A stretch of 64,000 bases of DNA from Zygnema circumcarinatum SAG 698-1b (GCA_037447605.1 CM074820.1:434001-498000), one strand, 5' to 3'. Numbered from the stretch's first letter, positions 36,050-49,451 are shown. Translations and numbers: made by a program. The notes: a model not told the origin generated them from the sequence alone.

Positions 36050-37130
36050 TCTCGCCCCTCTCTCACTTTCTCGCTCTCTCTCTCTCCCTCTCTTTCTCTC
36101 ACTATCTCTCTCCCTCTCAATCTCCCTCTCTCCGTCTCCCTCTCTCCCTCCCTCTCCCTCACACTTCTCCCTCGTCACCCCATTCACCTCTCCCTCCCTC
36201 TCTCCCGCCCCACCTCTCTCCCTCCCTTCTCACTCTCCTACCACACCTCACCTCTCTCCCTCCCTCCCCTCACCCTTTCCCTCTCAACCTCCCAACCCAC
36301 TTCACCTCCCCCTCTCACTCGTCTCTCCCTCGCTCCCTCCCTCCCTCTCTCTTCCTCTCCTCTCCCTCTCCCGCTCCCAACCCACTTCACCTCCCCCTCT
36401 CACTCGCCTCTTCCTCGCTCCCTCCCTCCCTCCCTCCCTCCCTCCCTCCCTCCCCCTCTTCCTCCCTCTCTCCCTCTCCCGCTCCCTCTCTTCCGCTCTC
36501 CCTCCCTCCCAACCTTTCCTGCGCTCAACCTCCCAAGGCCTGCCTTTCCTGCCACTGCAACTCCTCTTTAGTCCCCTCCAATTGGGACTCGCCACGTGTC
36601 ATACATGTCCGCGTGGTGCGTTCCCATTGGACGACTCCAACGTTTTAGCAGAAAGTGCCCTAGGCCGAGCTGCGTTGGCGAGCGCAGGGTCCAAGGGGGC
36701 TTACACATGCGGGGACGCCACTTGATTGGCTCAGACGGACTGTATCCTCTAACTGGGGACGCGACACGGACTCCGAGTATCCTTTCTGGTGTGAGTTGAC
36801 GTCCTTCGCGACTCTCGAGAACTGCAAAAAGGGGAGTTTGTTGGACGGGATCATGGGAGTACCATAAATTGGCGGACGCAAACGACAGAGGTAAAGTAAA
36901 TTGGGGACAAGCCGTGGACGCCAAAAGGTCGCGAAAACTCACCGCACGCACTCGTCTGAAGTTTCAAGGGCAGGAAGAAAACGACAGGACATGCACGAGA
37001 CTTCCCGGAAGCTGCCTGCCGCCTTTTGGATTTTCTGCCAGGAAGCCTCGTGCGTCGCTAACTGCCATTATGACCGTATAGTTACCGTACATGTCAACTC
37101 TTATAGCCGTACCATTCGAAGCTGGCGCTC
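36050..37130 (-). promoter_or_regulatory. Putative OBERON 5' leader and promoter with (GA/CT)n tract, G-box and CCAAT motifs
   Basis: CT tract at 36050-36530 upstream of the ATG; CACGTG at 36593-36598; ATTGG/CCAAT motifs nearby. Function is inferred from position only. Confidence 0.4.
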
Positions 37131-38363
37131 CATACAGGGGGTCCTCGTCATATTTTCCACCTTCAACAGTGCGTCACCAATAAATTCGCACCGATTTTGT
37201 CGAAACCACCATTTTGTACGGTAACTTTGTGTTAGCCGTACTATTCGTACTATCCGTACCCTAAAAACCGTCGGGCAGAGTTTTTGCGTTGCCGTAGGCA
37301 AAAGCTTTGCGGTCGTTTTGATCCGTACGATGGGTTCGATTATGTTGTCAAAGATTAATTTAGTGAATATGGGGTATAGTTGCCGCGAGTCTGACTTTGC
37401 CACGTTGCGCGTCCTTACTGGTTGTGCTTTTCGTTGGATCGAATGCGCCGAAAATGGGGTAGATCGCGTACTTATTTTGTCATTGCCACGTGTCGCTTTG
37501 TACGTACGACGGCGTGTTTTATGTGGCGTACGGATTCTGTTAGGTTGTGAAGGATGAATTTAATGAAATTGGGGTATAATTTCCGCGAGTCTGACGTTGC
37601 CACGTCGCGCGTTCTGATTGGTTGTGCGTTTCGTTGGATCGAATGCGCAGAAAATGGGGTATATCGCGTACCCATTTTGTCATTGCCACGTGTCTTTTTC
37701 TATGTACGACAGTTTTTGGTTTGAATGTTTTACGGGACGTATTGTTGTAAATAGGGTATTTGCGCAGAGTGTTTAAAGTGGCCACGTGGTGCATTCCTAT
37801 TTGTTAGCACGAACGGAATCTGTTATACTTCTTATCCAGTCAAAAATTGCCACCTTGGAAATGTAGTGTGTTTTTGAATGTCTGTTATCCAGTCAGGTGT
37901 TGCCACGTAGCCCTAAAATGGGAAAAAAACCAAAAAAAAACCACACACAAACTGCGAAAACAGAATGAAGCCTCATTCTGTTTCCGCAGTTTGTGTGTGG
38001 TTTTTTAACAAAAATAAAAAATCAATCTGAATATTACAACATGAGCTCGAACGGAATTTGTTATAATTCTTATCCAGTCAGAAATTGCCACGTTGGTACT
38101 GTTGTGTGTTTTTGGATGTCTGTTATCCAATCAGGTGTTGCCACGTAGCCCTAAAATGGGAAAAAAAGCAAAAAAAAACCACACACAAACTGCGCTGACA
38201 GAATGTGGCCACATTCTCTCTTGCAGTTTGTGTGTGGATAAAAAAAAAAACACAATCAATCCAAATATTACAACATGTGGCCTCATGTTGTATATATTAG
38301 GTTGATTTTTTGTTTTTTGTTTTTTTTGTTTGTAAAAGTCACACACAAAAATACACACACACA

Positions 38364-38394
<31 letters not shown>

Positions 38395-38579
38395 CCACAC
38401 ACACACTCACACACACACACACACACATTCACCCACACACACACACTGTCTCTCACACACACACACACACAAACACACACACTCACACGCACAAAAAATG
38501 AAAAAAACAAAAAAAATCAGAAAATGATGAAGAAAAAGATGAAGAAAATGATGAAGAAAATGTAAAGAATGCGAACATC

Positions 38580-38950
38580 ACCATATCCAGGACCGGGTCC
38601 TTCCGAAATCTTTCCAGAGTTATTTGCTATACAATACATGGGTGTGAGCGTAAGTACGGACCTTTTTTCATGAAGATCTTATGTTTCCGAAATTTTTTCG
38701 ATCTTTTCGAACATCGCTATATCCAGGACCGGGTCCTTCCGAAATCTTTCCAGGGTTATTTGCTATACAATGCAAGAGTGTGAGCGTAAGTACGAACCTT
38801 TTTTCATCATGATCTTATGTTTCCGAAATTTTCTCGATCTTTTTGAACATCGTCATCTCCAGGACCGGGTCCTTCCGAAATCTGTCCATGGTTATTTGCT
38901 ATAAAACACATAAGTCAAGCGTAAGTACGAACGTTATGTACATCATGATG
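38580..38950. repeat. 136-bp tandem repeat, about 3 copies (inverted 2-copy counterpart at about 51410-51680)
   Basis: ccaggaccgggtccttccgaaatc recurs at 38587, 38723 and 38859. Confidence 0.85.
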
Positions 38951-39372
38951 TCATTTTTATCATTTTTTTTTTTTTTTTTGGTAATTTTCAAAACTGCGAA
39001 ATGTCCAAATTTCCAGATGTCCAGGATTTTAAAATTTCCAGCTTTTCAAAATTTCCAGCGATTTCCAGCGATTTCCAGCGATTTCCAGCGATTTCTCTTT
39101 AAAGTCCAGAGGACTGTAAAATCTTTGAAGTCCAGAGGACTGACTGACTATGGACGGACAACCTAGCTGACTGACTGACTGGCCGACTGACTGACAAACA
39201 CTGACTGACTTCTGAATGACTGACTGACAGATGGACTCATGGTCTGACTGACTGACTGATTGACTGACTGACCGACTGACTGACTGACCGACTGGCTGAC
39301 TGACTTGTTAGTTTGTTGACTTTTTTGTTTGTAAAAGTCACACACGAAAATACACACACACACACACACACA

Positions 39373-39414
<42 letters not shown>

Positions 39415-42245
39415 ATCGACTGTCACAGACACTGACTGACTTCTGATTGACTGACAGACAGACGGACAGACTGACAGACTGACTGACTGACATGTTAGTT
39501 AGTAGCCTCCATCCTTCCTCAACACCCTCTTCAACTTCTTCCTTCGCCCTTCCACCATTCTCCCTCTCACCACACTCCATGTTCCTTCCTCCGCCTTCCT
39601 CCTCAACACCCTCCTTCCTCCTCCTCCTTCCTCAACACCCTCTCGTTTCTCTTCCTTCGCTCTTCCACCATTGTCCCTTTCACCACACTCCATGTTCCTT
39701 CTCCCTCCTTCCTCCTTCCTCCTCCTCCTCCACCAATCATTATTTTTCGGTTTTTCGCATTTCTCTGGTAGGAAGAAATGCAGCAAGAGCTGCAGCAGCA
39801 GAAAGGCAGAGAATTCGCAGCGACATAAGTGTTGGTTATACTGCCTTCCCTCACTCACACATGCCAACCCCCTCCCTCCTTCAACACCAAATTCAACGCA
39901 AAAACCTCCCCTTCGCCCTCAACCTCACCTCTCCGAGGACGTGGACGCAAAGAAAACCTCAGCACCCGTCACTCGTCCCTCTTCCTCCTCCTCCCCCTCC
40001 CCCTCCTCCTCCGTTGCCGCTCCCCTCTCCCGTTCCATGGCGCTGCCCCCTCCCCCTTCAAAGGCCTCCTCCCTTCCAAGTGGGCGCCATCCAAAGGGCC
40101 CTCCTCATCCTTTCACCACACTCCATGTTCCTGCTGCGACATAAGTGTTGGTTACGGTAGATTTCGGAACAAAACGGCAGCAAGCACCACCAGCAACTCT
40201 TCAGCCAGGACAAAGCAGTGTAAAGTAAATGGAAGTCCGGAGGTGGTGCGCATTAGGAAGATGATATCGCTGTTGTTCCGTAGCAGTTTCGTCATCGAAA
40301 CGTCGTCGACGTCCCCGTACAGGGACGAAACTGCTCTATTTGGCTCTATGTCGGTTCTCTTTTTTTGACGTTTTTCGTAATCGCGGGATTGTGATTGTCG
40401 GTTGACAATGCCCGGCTGCATCGCTATGGCGCCAGCTGGCTCCACGCTGGGCGGCCACGACTCCGCCGTGTCTTCTCGCAGTCGTAGTGGATGGGCTGAC
40501 GCCATCATGAATCACGCTGGCCGATCGGACGTGCAAATTCGGGCGACGGGCGCTACGCGACATAAAGCGACGCTGCTCATGCTATTAATCGCCGCATACG
40601 ACGCCGCTGCGATGCCACGCTGGGCGGGTCGGTCTTCGCCGCGCCGCTACGCGCCACAAAGGCGGAACAATAACCGAAGCAGGGCTGGCCAGCTGGCGCA
40701 GACGCCGCCGCGGGTTTTCGCTAGCCTCGGTGATGGTTCGCCACGCGGGCCGGATCACCGCTGCGGTGTCAGCGCTTAGAGGTATCTAGCGGGTTCACCG
40801 CTACCGGGCGGGTGGATTCAGTTGCACGCTGGCCAAGCAGCGACGCCGCTGGCGGTGACAATCGCGACGTGCCGTTCACGCGCGACACGTACGCGATACG
40901 ACGCAGATATGACGCCAGCGTCAATCGGGGTTGGCGGTTGATCTCAGAATCCTTTCCTTTCTTCTCACACTTTGTTTCATGACGTAATCAACGGAAGCGG
41001 GCGAAGAAGCTGCCGTACTGAGTCGCCCCATCGTCGGGCTACTCTAATCAAGTGGTGCCAGCGTGGACCACCTCATGTGCGGTCCGCTGACCTGAACGCG
41101 AACGCTGTACGGACGTAGCCGAAAATGAGTTATAATCTGACGCTGCCAAAGGATTTACAACAGGGAGGGGCAATCGGTAGCGTCAACCGCGTCAGGCCAC
41201 CGTACTGGCACGAAACGGTTGTACGGGACAATCAAGCGTGGACGCAGGACGGGTCCATTTCAGATGATTTCGCGAATCGCGTGATTGTGATCGCCGGTTG
41301 ACAATGCTTGAAACGGATGTTTGGTACCGTATGTGTTGGTAAACCGCAACAGCTTGTGTTGTCAAACTATGGACACGCAAGATTTGGAATGGTTCGCTGA
41401 TCTCTAAAATCTGGTCAATGTGTTGGTCACTAAAACCGCTCTAACGTACCGTGTCGTGTTTGACAGATACGTAACAGCTCTATTTGTAGTTTGACAAACG
41501 GTAGCCGTTGCCGAATCCATTGTTACGACAGCCTTATTTGATGTGACTTAACAAGTAGTTTTGTTCGTTGATCATTCGCGTTCAGTTCGGCTTGGACGTC
41601 GTTGGTTTCTGCTGTGCCAAGCTACGTGGAATTTTGTCACTTCATCACGGTGCAGATCTAACCTCCCTTTTTTGCGTTGCCGTAGGCAAAAGCTTAGTCA
41701 TCGTTTTGATCCGTACGACGGCTTCGATTATGTTGTCAAAGATTAATTTAATGAAAATGGGGTATAGTTGCCGCGAGTCTGACGTTGCCACGTCGCGCGT
41801 GCTGATTGGTTGTGCGTTTCGTTGGATCGAATGCGCAGAAAATGGGGTATATCGCGTTCCCATTCTGTCATTGCCACGGGTCGTTTTCTACGTACGACAG
41901 CGTTCGATTTTGATGTTTTATGTGGCGTACGGATTCGGTTAGGTTGTCGAAGATGGATTTAATGAAAATGGGGTATAGTTGCCGCGAGTCTGACGTTGCC
42001 ACGTCGCGCGTCCTGATTGGTTGTGCGTTTCGTTGGATCGAATGCGCAGAAAAAGGGGTATATCGCGCTCCCATTCTGTCATTGCCACGTGTCGTTTTCT
42101 ATGTACGACAGCGTTCGTTTTGAATGTTTTACGGGACGTATTGTTGTAAATAGGGTATGTGTCGCAGTGTGTTAAAAGTGGCCACGTGGTGCATTCTAAT
42201 TGGTTAAATCGCACCTCGCGCAACTGAACAGAACACAAAATTAAA

Positions 42246-42834
42246 CAGCTTATGTGTTCGATCAGTTTCCGTTTCAGTTCACTTCACATAATTAAGGTTC
42301 GAAGACATTTCTATAAAAAGGCAACGCACGAGGATCTTGATCCGCAGCCTGTTGTTTTACAATCCGCTCGGAGCGGAAGATCCGTCCGCCACGAGATCGG
42401 TCGCGGCTGTACGTCCTTCACACGTGTGATCAATATCAGCCGTCGATTCTTTTGTAGATCGCACCACGGCAGATCACCGTTCGATCTGCAGCCGGGCTTG
42501 GTCTCAGCGAATGGCACGCGTCCAAGGACCTTTGAGCCGGCTTGTGTGTGACACGTGGGCGCGTGCCATTCGCTGGGACCGAGCCCGGCTGCAGATCGAA
42601 CGGTGATCTGCCGTGATGCGATCTGCGAGATAATCGACGGCTGCGATTAACTGCAAGTGTGAAGGACGCACACCCGCGACCGATCTCGTGGCGGACGGAT
42701 CTTCCACAACGAGCGGATTGTAAAATAACAGGCTGCGGATCAAGATCCTCGTGCGTTGCCTTTTTATAGAAATGTCTTCGAACCTTAATTATGTGAAGTG
42801 AACTAAAACGGAATCTGATCGAACACATAAGCTG
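42246..42834. repeat. 589-bp core hairpin (279-bp arms, 31-bp spacer)
   Basis: cagcttatgtgttcgatc... pairs with ...gatcgaacacataagctg; the arms are highly similar throughout. Confidence 0.92.
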
Positions 42835-44071
42835 AATGGGTACGCGATATACCCCATTTTCTGCGCATTCAATTCAATGAAACGTACAACCAATCAGGTC
42901 GCGCGACGTGGCAACGTCAGACTTGCGGCAACTATACCCCATTTTCTTTAAATTCATCTTTGACAACCTAATCGAATCCGTAGGTCACATAAAACATTCA
43001 AATCGAACGCTGTCGTACGTAGAAAACGACACTTGGCAATGACTAAATGGTTACGCGATATACCCCATTTTCTGCGCATTCGATCCAACGAAAAGCACAA
43101 CAAATCCGGACGCGCGACGTTGCAACGTCAGACTCGTGGCAACTATACCCCATTTTCATTAAATTCTTTTTTTAGCCTGGTATGTTGGAGCTGTGATTAA
43201 TTTGACCAACACCATAACCGTTTCGGGCGTTGTCAACCGAACCATTCCAAATCTTGCGTGTCCCGTGTTTGACAAAACAAGCTGTTACGGTTTACCAACC
43301 CACCCCGGTACAAACATGCCGTTTCGGGCATTTTCAACCGACAATCACAATCCCCCGATTACGAAAACCGTACTAAAAAGGGCCACATCCTCGTCCAAAA
43401 GCCGATTGTCCGAATAGAGCCGTTTCGTGCCGGTACGGTGACGTCGACGACGTTCCGACGTTGACGTTCGACGACCGACCTACAGATGACTGCCGTACAG
43501 ATTCTCTGCCCGTCAGGTCCCCTTCGCCATTTTCCGGCTGCTACATGAGTGGTCCACGTGGCGCCACTTGATTCGTAGCCGACATTCTGAAGCGACTCCA
43601 CTGACGCTTCGTTCCGCCGCTTCGTGCACCACCGTTGATCTCCATCCGTCGCGCCACATGTCGCGCGCTCCACGCTCCGCACTCGCGCCGCAACAAATCA
43701 GCGCTCTGCTGGCCGTACACCAGCGCGCCGCTCCGTACAACTACATTTCTGCCCAATCTTCATGCGCGCGCTACAGTACGCGCAAACCCCCGAAGACTTG
43801 TACGGTCGCTAAGGCGGTCCTCCATGCAATATGGACGCTATAAGCACACCACTTAGAACTCAGCCGGGCGCCATCCGCGCGTCGCATCTGCGCGTCGTAT
43901 GCGCGTGTCGCATGAACGACGTCGCCGGTGTCGCACGGCGCGTCGCCGGCACGTGGCGAACCGCCACGGGCTAGCAAGAGCCACGCGGCGTCGCGCCACT
44001 GGCCAGCCCTGCTTCCAGTCCCTCACGATACGATGTTATTATGTTATGATGTTATCAACTATGTTGTTATA

Positions 44072-45037
44072 TGTTAGTGTTAGTGTGCTATAGTTAGACA
44101 TTGTACGGGTTCACACTAACATTGTTGTGGTCCTCAGTTGGGAAACATGAGATCTGCTAGTAGTGTTCCTAGGAAATACGGTCGGGCCAAATGTCGGTGG
44201 CCCGTACGCTTTTCGGGCGCGGAGGATGTCGGTGATGTCGGCGGAACCGCGTCAGACCCTTAGTGCGGTCCGCGGACTGTGACGAGGTCAACTACGGAGG
44301 AGACCGAGTCAGCAGCCACGCGGACAAGTGTGAACGGCGCGGAAATGCGACGACGGAGATTTCGTCGCGGACGGCGCGAATGTGTACGGTGCGCGCGAAA
44401 CGAACATGCGCGCGCGGGCGGCGGACGCGTACGGACGGGCGGCGGAAGTTCTGCGCTCGAACGGACGACAAGTTCAGATGGGCGGCGGAACTGTACGGAC
44501 GACCTGACTAGGTCGGTGCTGGCGTAGGTTTGCGAAAGACCGCAAAGCTGGATGTTGAACGCGTACCTGGCTGCTGAACGCATGAGGGCGGCCGTGACGT
44601 GACATCGGTCAACAAGGAAGATGTCACGTAACACGGCCATGGCGGTATATAGGGTTTAGCTTTGTTATGAAGGATAACCACATTAGACTACTGTAGTCCC
44701 GTGACTTATTCTGTGCCTGCTCGTGTTGCTGGGCTGCCCTGCTTGTGTCGCAAGGTAGTGAGTAAGGGGAGAAGTAGCTAGTGAGAGGGGGAGAACTTCA
44801 TGTGGGTGACATTCTTATTATAAAGGAGTTTTAGAGCCGTGAGCTTTCTCCTATACTCTCTCGTGTGTGATTTCCGCTGTGCTCGTCTCTGCGTTCATTC
44901 TGTGAGTTATGGGCTATGAGTGAAGTGAGATAGAGTGAGAGAGAGTGAAGATGTCTTCATCGGTGGGAACCGGAGTTCCAATGGAGGGCGACACGCGAGG
45001 TGGCGCCGGGAGCAGCGAGCAGATCCAGACTCCAACA
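44072..45037 (+). repeat. 5' LTR of copia element
   Basis: Direct repeat of 49452-50417; TATA-like tattataaa near 44816. Confidence 0.95.
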
Positions 45038-48000
45038 AGTGGTATCAGAGCCAATGGTGGCGACGAGGACCACGTGAAGTTCAGCATTCCCGCATTCGAC
45101 GGTCAAGACTACAAGGGGTGGAGATGGCGGCTGGTTCCTTTGCTCGTGGGCAAGGGACTGTTGGGGTACGTCAACGGCACCATCAAGGCACCGGTGCTAC
45201 CGGAGGGAGCCACGGCGGAGCAGCAGTCGGAACACGAAGTGGCGCTCGCCAGATGGAGTGCCAAGGACAACAAAGCGCTCACCCAGATCGTCATGAGTGT
45301 GAGGGGAAGTCCTTCGTCCATGCTGTATGATCTCAAGACCTCACATGCTATGTGGAGGTGCTTAGAAGAGATGTATGATGTAAAGGATAACGTCACGATA
45401 GTGAGTCTTTACACGCAGCTTGGGAAGATGAAGATGACTTCGGATGAGAAACTGAGTGAATATATGGTCAGGTTTGATACCTTGATGGAGAGGTTCATAG
45501 CTCTACAGAAACCGTTAGAGAGTGACCATAAGATCAGCCAGTTCTTAGGGGGATTGACCTCTAGATTTGATGTAGCAGTCGCAGCGCTTAGGACTGTCCT
45601 AACGAACTCGAAAATGACCCTTGAGCAAGTGAAGCGGAGGATCAAGGAGGAGGACACCGTCCAAGACACCGGGAGCACCGAGGAGAAGGTGCTAGCGCTG
45701 CACTCACGACAAGACCGAAGAGGAGGTGCGCCGAAGTCGGACCGAGGAGAACGCCCTGCGGGAGCGTGCTACACGTGTGGCAAGACTGGCCACTACTCGG
45801 CAGACTGCTACAAGAACAAGAGTCCCCAAGATCGGGGAGGAGGAGGCGCGCCGGCATTCGGCAAGAAGGAGAAGAAAGGCTTCAAGGGGATCTGCTTCAA
45901 GTGCAAGAAGCGAGGTCACAAGAGCACCGAATGCAGAGGGTCGAATGAGACCAATCTGATGATGGCTGAAAGGCCCGAAGGTTCTGACTTTGTTGGGAAG
46001 ATCCAGGTTCAGGATCTGAAGCGGCCCTGGTTGATCGACTCAGGCGCTTCCACACACATGTGTGGCGACAAGCAGATGTTCTCCACGTTGGACACGCTGG
46101 AGAAGACTCGATCTGTTCACTCGGCAACCGGAGAGGGAGTGACAGTCACGAAGGGTGGAGTAGTCAAGATGATTCTCGGAGACGGCTCTGTCATCTACGA
46201 AGAGGAGAGGGAGGAGCGTTTGTGTATCGGTGATGTACTCCACACCCCCGAGCTGAAACAGAACTTCATGTCTGTTAGCCAGGTGTGTAAGAGGGGGTAC
46301 GAGATCACGTTCAAGGAGAAGTCTTGCGTAGCTACTCACGCAGTGACGGGGAAGCGGCTGTTTGAGGGGTATGAGAAGGGAGGCCTGTATTATCTTCATT
46401 ATAGAAGGACAGAGGATGAAGATGTGATGGCTGTGGCTGAAACTGCCATAAATCTCTGGCATCGTAGACTTGGACATCTTAACCATCGGGGGTTGCAACA
46501 GCTTGCTGCTAAGGGGCTGGTCCGTGGGTTAGACGTAGATGTCGTGGAGAAGGAGCTCGGCTTTTGCAAGGAGTGTGTAGAGGGGAAGGCGCATCGGAAA
46601 CCATTCGCGAGGAGCGGAGAGGAGGCGTACCATGCGCAGGAGAAACTGGAGTTGGTTCACACCGACCTTTGTGGCCCCGTGACACCGGCAACGAGTGGAG
46701 GAGCTCGGTACTTCATCACTTTTCTCGATGATTTTTCGAGGAAAATTTGGGTGAAAATTCTCAAGAACAAGTCTGAGGCTTTCGGAGCCTTCAGAGATTG
46801 GCAGACTCAGATGGAGCGAGAGAGCGGACAGAAACTGAAGACTCTGCGCTCAGACAACGGAGGGGAGTTCAAGTCGAAGGAGTTCGGCGAGTACCTCAAG
46901 ACTCGTGGAATTAGGCATGAATTCTCTGCTCCCTACTCCCCTCAAAGTAATGGAGCTGCTGAAAGGGTAAATAGGACGTTGGGGGACATGGCGCGGACCA
47001 TGCTCATAGATTCCCCCTTCCCGGCTTCTTTCTGGGGAGAGGCGGTGATGACCGCAGCTTACCTTAGGAATAGATGCCCATCTTCTGTGCTCAAGGACCA
47101 GGTTCCTGAGGAGGTGTGGAGTGGGAGAAAGCCCACGGTTTCCCACCTGAAGGCTTTCGGAGCGCGCTGCTGGTCGACAGTGCCGAAGGCGAGACAGAAG
47201 AGGAAGTTTGACCCGCGAGCCGTTGAAGGATATGTTCTCGGCTACAACATGGACAGTCGCACCTACAGGATTTGGAACCCGCGAGCGAAGGAAGTGCAGA
47301 GCTCGAGGGACATCACGGTGGACGAGAAAGGGGCGGTGACACGGCTAGGTGAGACCCAGCCCCAAAAGGCAGGATTGGAGATTGTGTATGAGGACGTGGA
47401 AACCAGCGGAGAAGGCGCTGAAGCCTCCCTTGTGTCCTGGTTTTGGAGGAGATCACGACGCCGGAAGAGCGCCGCATCGAGCAACACCGAATCGTCGAGA
47501 AGCGAGGTAAGGCGGAGTCGAACCCGGTACCGCGGCCGGGAGCCGAGAATGTATCGAGACGGCTCTTACTACACACTCACCGGCTGGGATGAGAAGACCG
47601 GCCTAAACCGCATCTTTGGCATCGGACAGAGTCCGGAGGACTCGAGATGGCCGAGAGAGACGCGATGAGGGCAAGGATGCCTCCGGGATTTGTTCCCGGA
47701 ATTTTCTTCAACTCGAGGAGTGGGAGAACGCAAGGACCGCGGAGGAGCACCCGTGTGGTGAGGAGGCCTGAACGATACAGGCCGTCGCAGACTAACCTGA
47801 TGCAGGAGAGAGTGCCTACGGACTCTGCTGACCTCGCAGGAGTTGCCCACTGCTACATGATCACTGAGCCGCAAACCTTCGAGGAGGCTCACGATGGGGT
47901 CGATGGAGCGAAGTGGCGAGCAGCGATCGATAGCGAGTGGAATAGTCTGATAGAGAACGGGACGTGGCGACTGGAGAAGCTGCCGAAGGGAAGGAGAGCC

Positions 48001-49435
48001 ATTGGATGCAAGTGGGTGTTCAAGGTGAAGCGAAAGGCGGACGGGAGTGTCGACCGTTACAAGGCGCGGCTGGTGGCGAAGGGCTACAGCCAGAAGTACG
48101 GAATCGACTACACGGAGACTTTCGCCCCGGTGGTGAAGTTTAACTCCCTCCGTGCCCTAATCTCGATCGCAGCTGCTGAGGGGATGCATGTCCATCAGTT
48201 AGATATCAAGACCGCGTTTCTGTACGGAGATCTCGCTGAGGAGATCTACATGGAGCAGCCCGAAGGGAAAGTTGTCCCGGGGCAGGAGCATCTCGTCTGT
48301 CGCCTAGTGAAGAGTCTGTACGGACTGAAGCAGGCACCCAGGATCTGGTACGAGAAGATTGACGATCTTCTGAGGAGCAACGGATTTGCGCGCTTTGAGA
48401 CGGATCATTCCGTCTACCGACAAGGAGAGGAGGGAGATCTCATATACGTTGGGATCTACGTGGATGACCTCATTATGGTGAGTCTCTCACGGAGAGAATC
48501 AATGATCTGAAGAAGCTTTTGCAAGCTAACTTCCAAATGTCGGATCTAGGGGAGGCGCAGTATCTCCTGGGGATACAGCTGAAGAGGGGGCAGGACGGAA
48601 GTCTGTTCCTAAGTCAGAAGAAGTACGCCGCGGATGTACTAGCGAGATTCAATATGGAGGAGTGCAGACCGTGCACCAGTCCGATGGAGATCGGCGCGAG
48701 ATTGTCGAAAGATATGGAGCCCGCGACGGACGCGGAGGTACAGCGCATGTACGGAGTGCCGTACAGATCTGCTATCGGAAGTTTAATGTACCTAATGATT
48801 GGTAACCGAATCGACTCTGGCTTAAGGTCGCGAGCCGCCGGCAAGTCGGTTCATGGAGCAATCCCGCCCCTCGCCATCAGAGGCGTCGCAAAGCCAATCT
48901 TTCGTTCAGACACGGGGACCCTTCTGGAGTACGGACTTCGCTATTTAGAGAGGGTCATCAGAAGTGGATCGGATACACCGACTCTGACTGGGGAGGTGAC
49001 GTGGACACATCGCGATCGACCTCCGGATTTGTTTACCTGAACGCAGGTGGAGCGATCTCATGGAGCTCGAAGCTACAGGATTCGGTTGCGTTGTCTAGCA
49101 CCGAAGGCGAGTACATGGGAGCATGTCACGCAGCGAAGGAGGGAGTTTGGTTCCAACATTTCTTTGATGAGTGTAAGAGGCCACAACGTCCCTTGACTTT
49201 GTTCACGGATAATCAGTCGTCCATAGCTCTTGTTGAAAACCCTGTGTTTCATAAGAGGACAAAGCACATTAGAGTACAATACCATTATGTGCGAGAATTA
49301 GTAGAGGAGGGGATGATTGTTGTGAAGTTCGTGGGGACGAAGGAGCAGGCTGCGGATATGTTGACTAAAGGAGTTAGTGGTGAGACGCTACTAGTGAATA
49401 GCAGACTCATTGGGCTAGGGCCCATGAGGAACTGA
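44951..49435 (+). pseudogene. Copia gag-pol polyprotein, frameshifted in its 3' half
   Basis: FDGQDYKGW (gag); CYTCGKTGHYSADC and CFKCKKRGHKSTEC knuckles; WLIDSGASTHMC (PR); LWHRRLGH, HTDLCGP, LRSDNGGEF (INT); KARLVAKGYSQKYGIDY, QLDIKTAFL, YVDDL (RT); SRSTSG..WSSKLQ..ALSSTEGEY, ADMLTK (RH). Split across ORFs 44945-47668, 47647-48510, 48519-49040, 49001-49435. Confidence 0.93.
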
Positions 49436-49451
49436 GGCCCAAGAGGGGGAT

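Noticed and set aside
41568-42828. ORFs within the 200-bp units and core hairpin as a possible transposase
   Set aside because: Short, repeated with the DNA units, present on both strands through symmetry, and lacking DDE/D motifs.
45040-45052. tRNA-Met-like sequence
   Set aside because: It is the retrotransposon primer-binding site; no cloverleaf. No tRNA or rRNA genes were seen in the window.
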